34,519 nt of DNA from a virus (taxonomy: Duplodnaviria > Caudoviricetes). The position numbers and the translations under genes are program-made. Of the stretch, positions 33,092 to 34,519 are shown piece after piece (position 1 is the stretch's first letter; every line of letters starts with the position of its first letter). The DNA is taken from the IMG/VR virus record IMGVR_UViG_3300037045_000353, positions 1-34,519 of that record; one strand, written 5' to 3'. The notes beneath the pieces are model-generated. The model worked only from the letters and a program-made list of their open reading frames with translations, was not told the DNA's origin and did no database searches.

Positions 33092-34519
33092 ATGATGCAA
33101 AAACGAATAGGATTATACATTCGAGTTTCGACAGAAGAACAAGCCATGGAAGGTTACTCTATTTCAGGTCAACGGGAACGCTTAAAAGCATTCTGCGTCG
33201 CGCAGAGTTGGGAGACAATCAAATTTTATGTAGACGAAGGTATCTCTGGACGTTCCACAGAGCGCCCAGCACTAAAGAAAATGATGAAGGACATCGAGGA
33301 TGGTTTAATTGATGTGCTATTGGTTTATCGTCTCGATCGACTTACGCGAAGTGTACGTGATCTACACGACATCCTAGACTTTCTTGAGAAACACAATTGC
33401 CAATTCCGTTCAGCAACCGAAGTTTATGACACCTCGACTGCTATGGGCCGTATGTTTATCACCATTGTCGCAGCCATTGCGGAATGGGAATCGGCAAACT
33501 TAGGCGAACGTGTGCGACTTGGTCAGATTGAAAAAGCAAGACAAGGTGAATGGTCTGCTCCTGCTCCTTACGGCTTCAGAAAGAACGACCAAAAACGCCT
33601 GGAAGTGAATCCAGACGAGATTGAGGCCGTAAAACTTATGGTAAGCAAGGTTAAAGAGGGGTACAGCTTTCGACAACTATCTATGTATATGCAGAACACA
33701 TCCTATAAGCCACGTAGAGGCTATAAATGGCACATTGCATCTCTACTAGACCTGTTGCATAACCCAGCGCTTTATGGAGCAATGCAGTGGAATGATGAGG
33801 TCTATGAAGGCACACATGAAGGAATCATGAGCAAAGAAGAGTTCATGCAACTCCAGAACATCATTAAGTCACGACAGCTTCAGAAAAAACGAGAAACGAA
33901 TTACAACTTTATTTATCAAACGAAAATCGTCTGTCCATCGTGTGGCAATCGATTGAGCTCGGAATGCTCACGCTGGAAAAATAAGAACGGGATGGAGCGA
34001 TCAGCTAACCGATACCGCTGCCAGTCATGTGCTCTAGATGGACGAGAGCCGGTAAGCATTTCAGAATATAAACTTACACTGCAGCTCATTCAGCACATGA
34101 ATGCTCTAACATTTGATGAGAATGATCACGAGGAACTCGAGGCTGAAAAAGATAACCTGCAACTAATCGAAAATGAGATGCGCCGCATTGAACGAGAACG
34201 TGAAAAATATCAGCGCGCATGGGCCTCAGACTTAATCTCTGACACCGAGTTCAAAAATCGAATGGACGACACTAGAAAACGTTACTCGGACTTAGAACGG
34301 CAATTAAACGCCTCACAGGATGAAACGACTTTTGGTAATGTTAACCCAGAGTATATCAAACAACTTTCGAACGAATTTAACCAAAACTACGAGTACCTTA
34401 CAGATGAGGAGAAAAGAACTTTCGTTCAGCAGTTTATCGAATCAATTGAACTAGTCAAGGTCACTTCTACCTCAGCTGAAAAGAAAGTATACGATGTAAA
34501 AATGGTAAGATTTTTTTAG
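33092..34519 (+). CDS. int: Large serine recombinase (phage integrase)
   Basis: YIRVSTEEQ catalytic Ser, VYRLDRLTRS, recombinase domain (APYGF), Zn ribbon CPSCG...YRCQSC and coiled coil; AGGAGG RBS. Confidence 0.97.
   Translation: MMQKRIGLYIRVSTEEQAMEGYSISGQRERLKAFCVAQSWETIKFYVDEGISGRSTERPALKKMMKDIEDGLIDVLLVYRLDRLTRSVRDLHDILDFLEKHNCQFRSATEVYDTSTAMGRMFITIVAAIAEWESANLGERVRLGQIEKARQGEWSAPAPYGFRKNDQKRLEVNPDEIEAVKLMVSKVKEGYSFRQLSMYMQNTSYKPRRGYKWHIASLLDLLHNPALYGAMQWNDEVYEGTHEGIMSKEEFMQLQNIIKSRQLQKKRETNYNFIYQTKIVCPSCGNRLSSECSRWKNKNGMERSANRYRCQSCALDGREPVSISEYKLTLQLIQHMNALTFDENDHEELEAEKDNLQLIENEMRRIEREREKYQRAWASDLISDTEFKNRMDDTRKRYSDLERQLNASQDETTFGNVNPEYIKQLSNEFNQNYEYLTDEEKRTFVQQFIESIELVKVTSTSAEKKVYDVKMVRFF

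Larger units (their letters stand above)
265..34519. mobile_element. Temperate siphovirus prophage (A118-like organisation, serine integrase) inserted in radC
   Basis: Ordered modules for lysis, tail, head, packaging, replication/recombination, cI-cro and integrase. No obvious frameshifts in core genes. Confidence 0.95.

Noticed and set aside
34490-34519. Right att arm overlapping the integrase stop
   Set aside because: Only TTTAG matches the inverted left arm; cannot be assessed without sequence beyond the window.

Overview
An apparently near-complete (~34.3 kb) temperate siphovirus prophage of a Bacillales host. It has Listeria A118-like architecture: PBSX-type terminase, A118-type portal, neck and tail, YqaJ/RecT, a DnaD-type initiator with DnaC-like loader, ArpU, a cI/cro switch and a large serine integrase. 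Bases 1-264 are not the + strand ORF in the track. They are the 3' half of host radC on the minus strand, cut at ~265, so the phage appears to have integrated into radC; the other att site lies beyond the window end. Most lytic genes are on the minus strand. There are two AT-rich cargo zones. (i) Between arpU and terS: an Abi-alpha-like gene inserted between arpU and its probable 11-bp-phased operator, plus two unknown genes. (ii) Between cI and the integrase: small membrane proteins, a PH-like protein, a lipoprotein flanked by ~105-bp direct repeats, and a tightly coupled three-gene operon. That operon encodes a 376-aa unknown, a wHTH/Zn-ribbon protein and a PD-(D/E)xK nuclease, with no methylase. 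It is the best candidate for an undescribed anti-phage defence system. All family assignments are from motif recognition by eye; no database searches were run.
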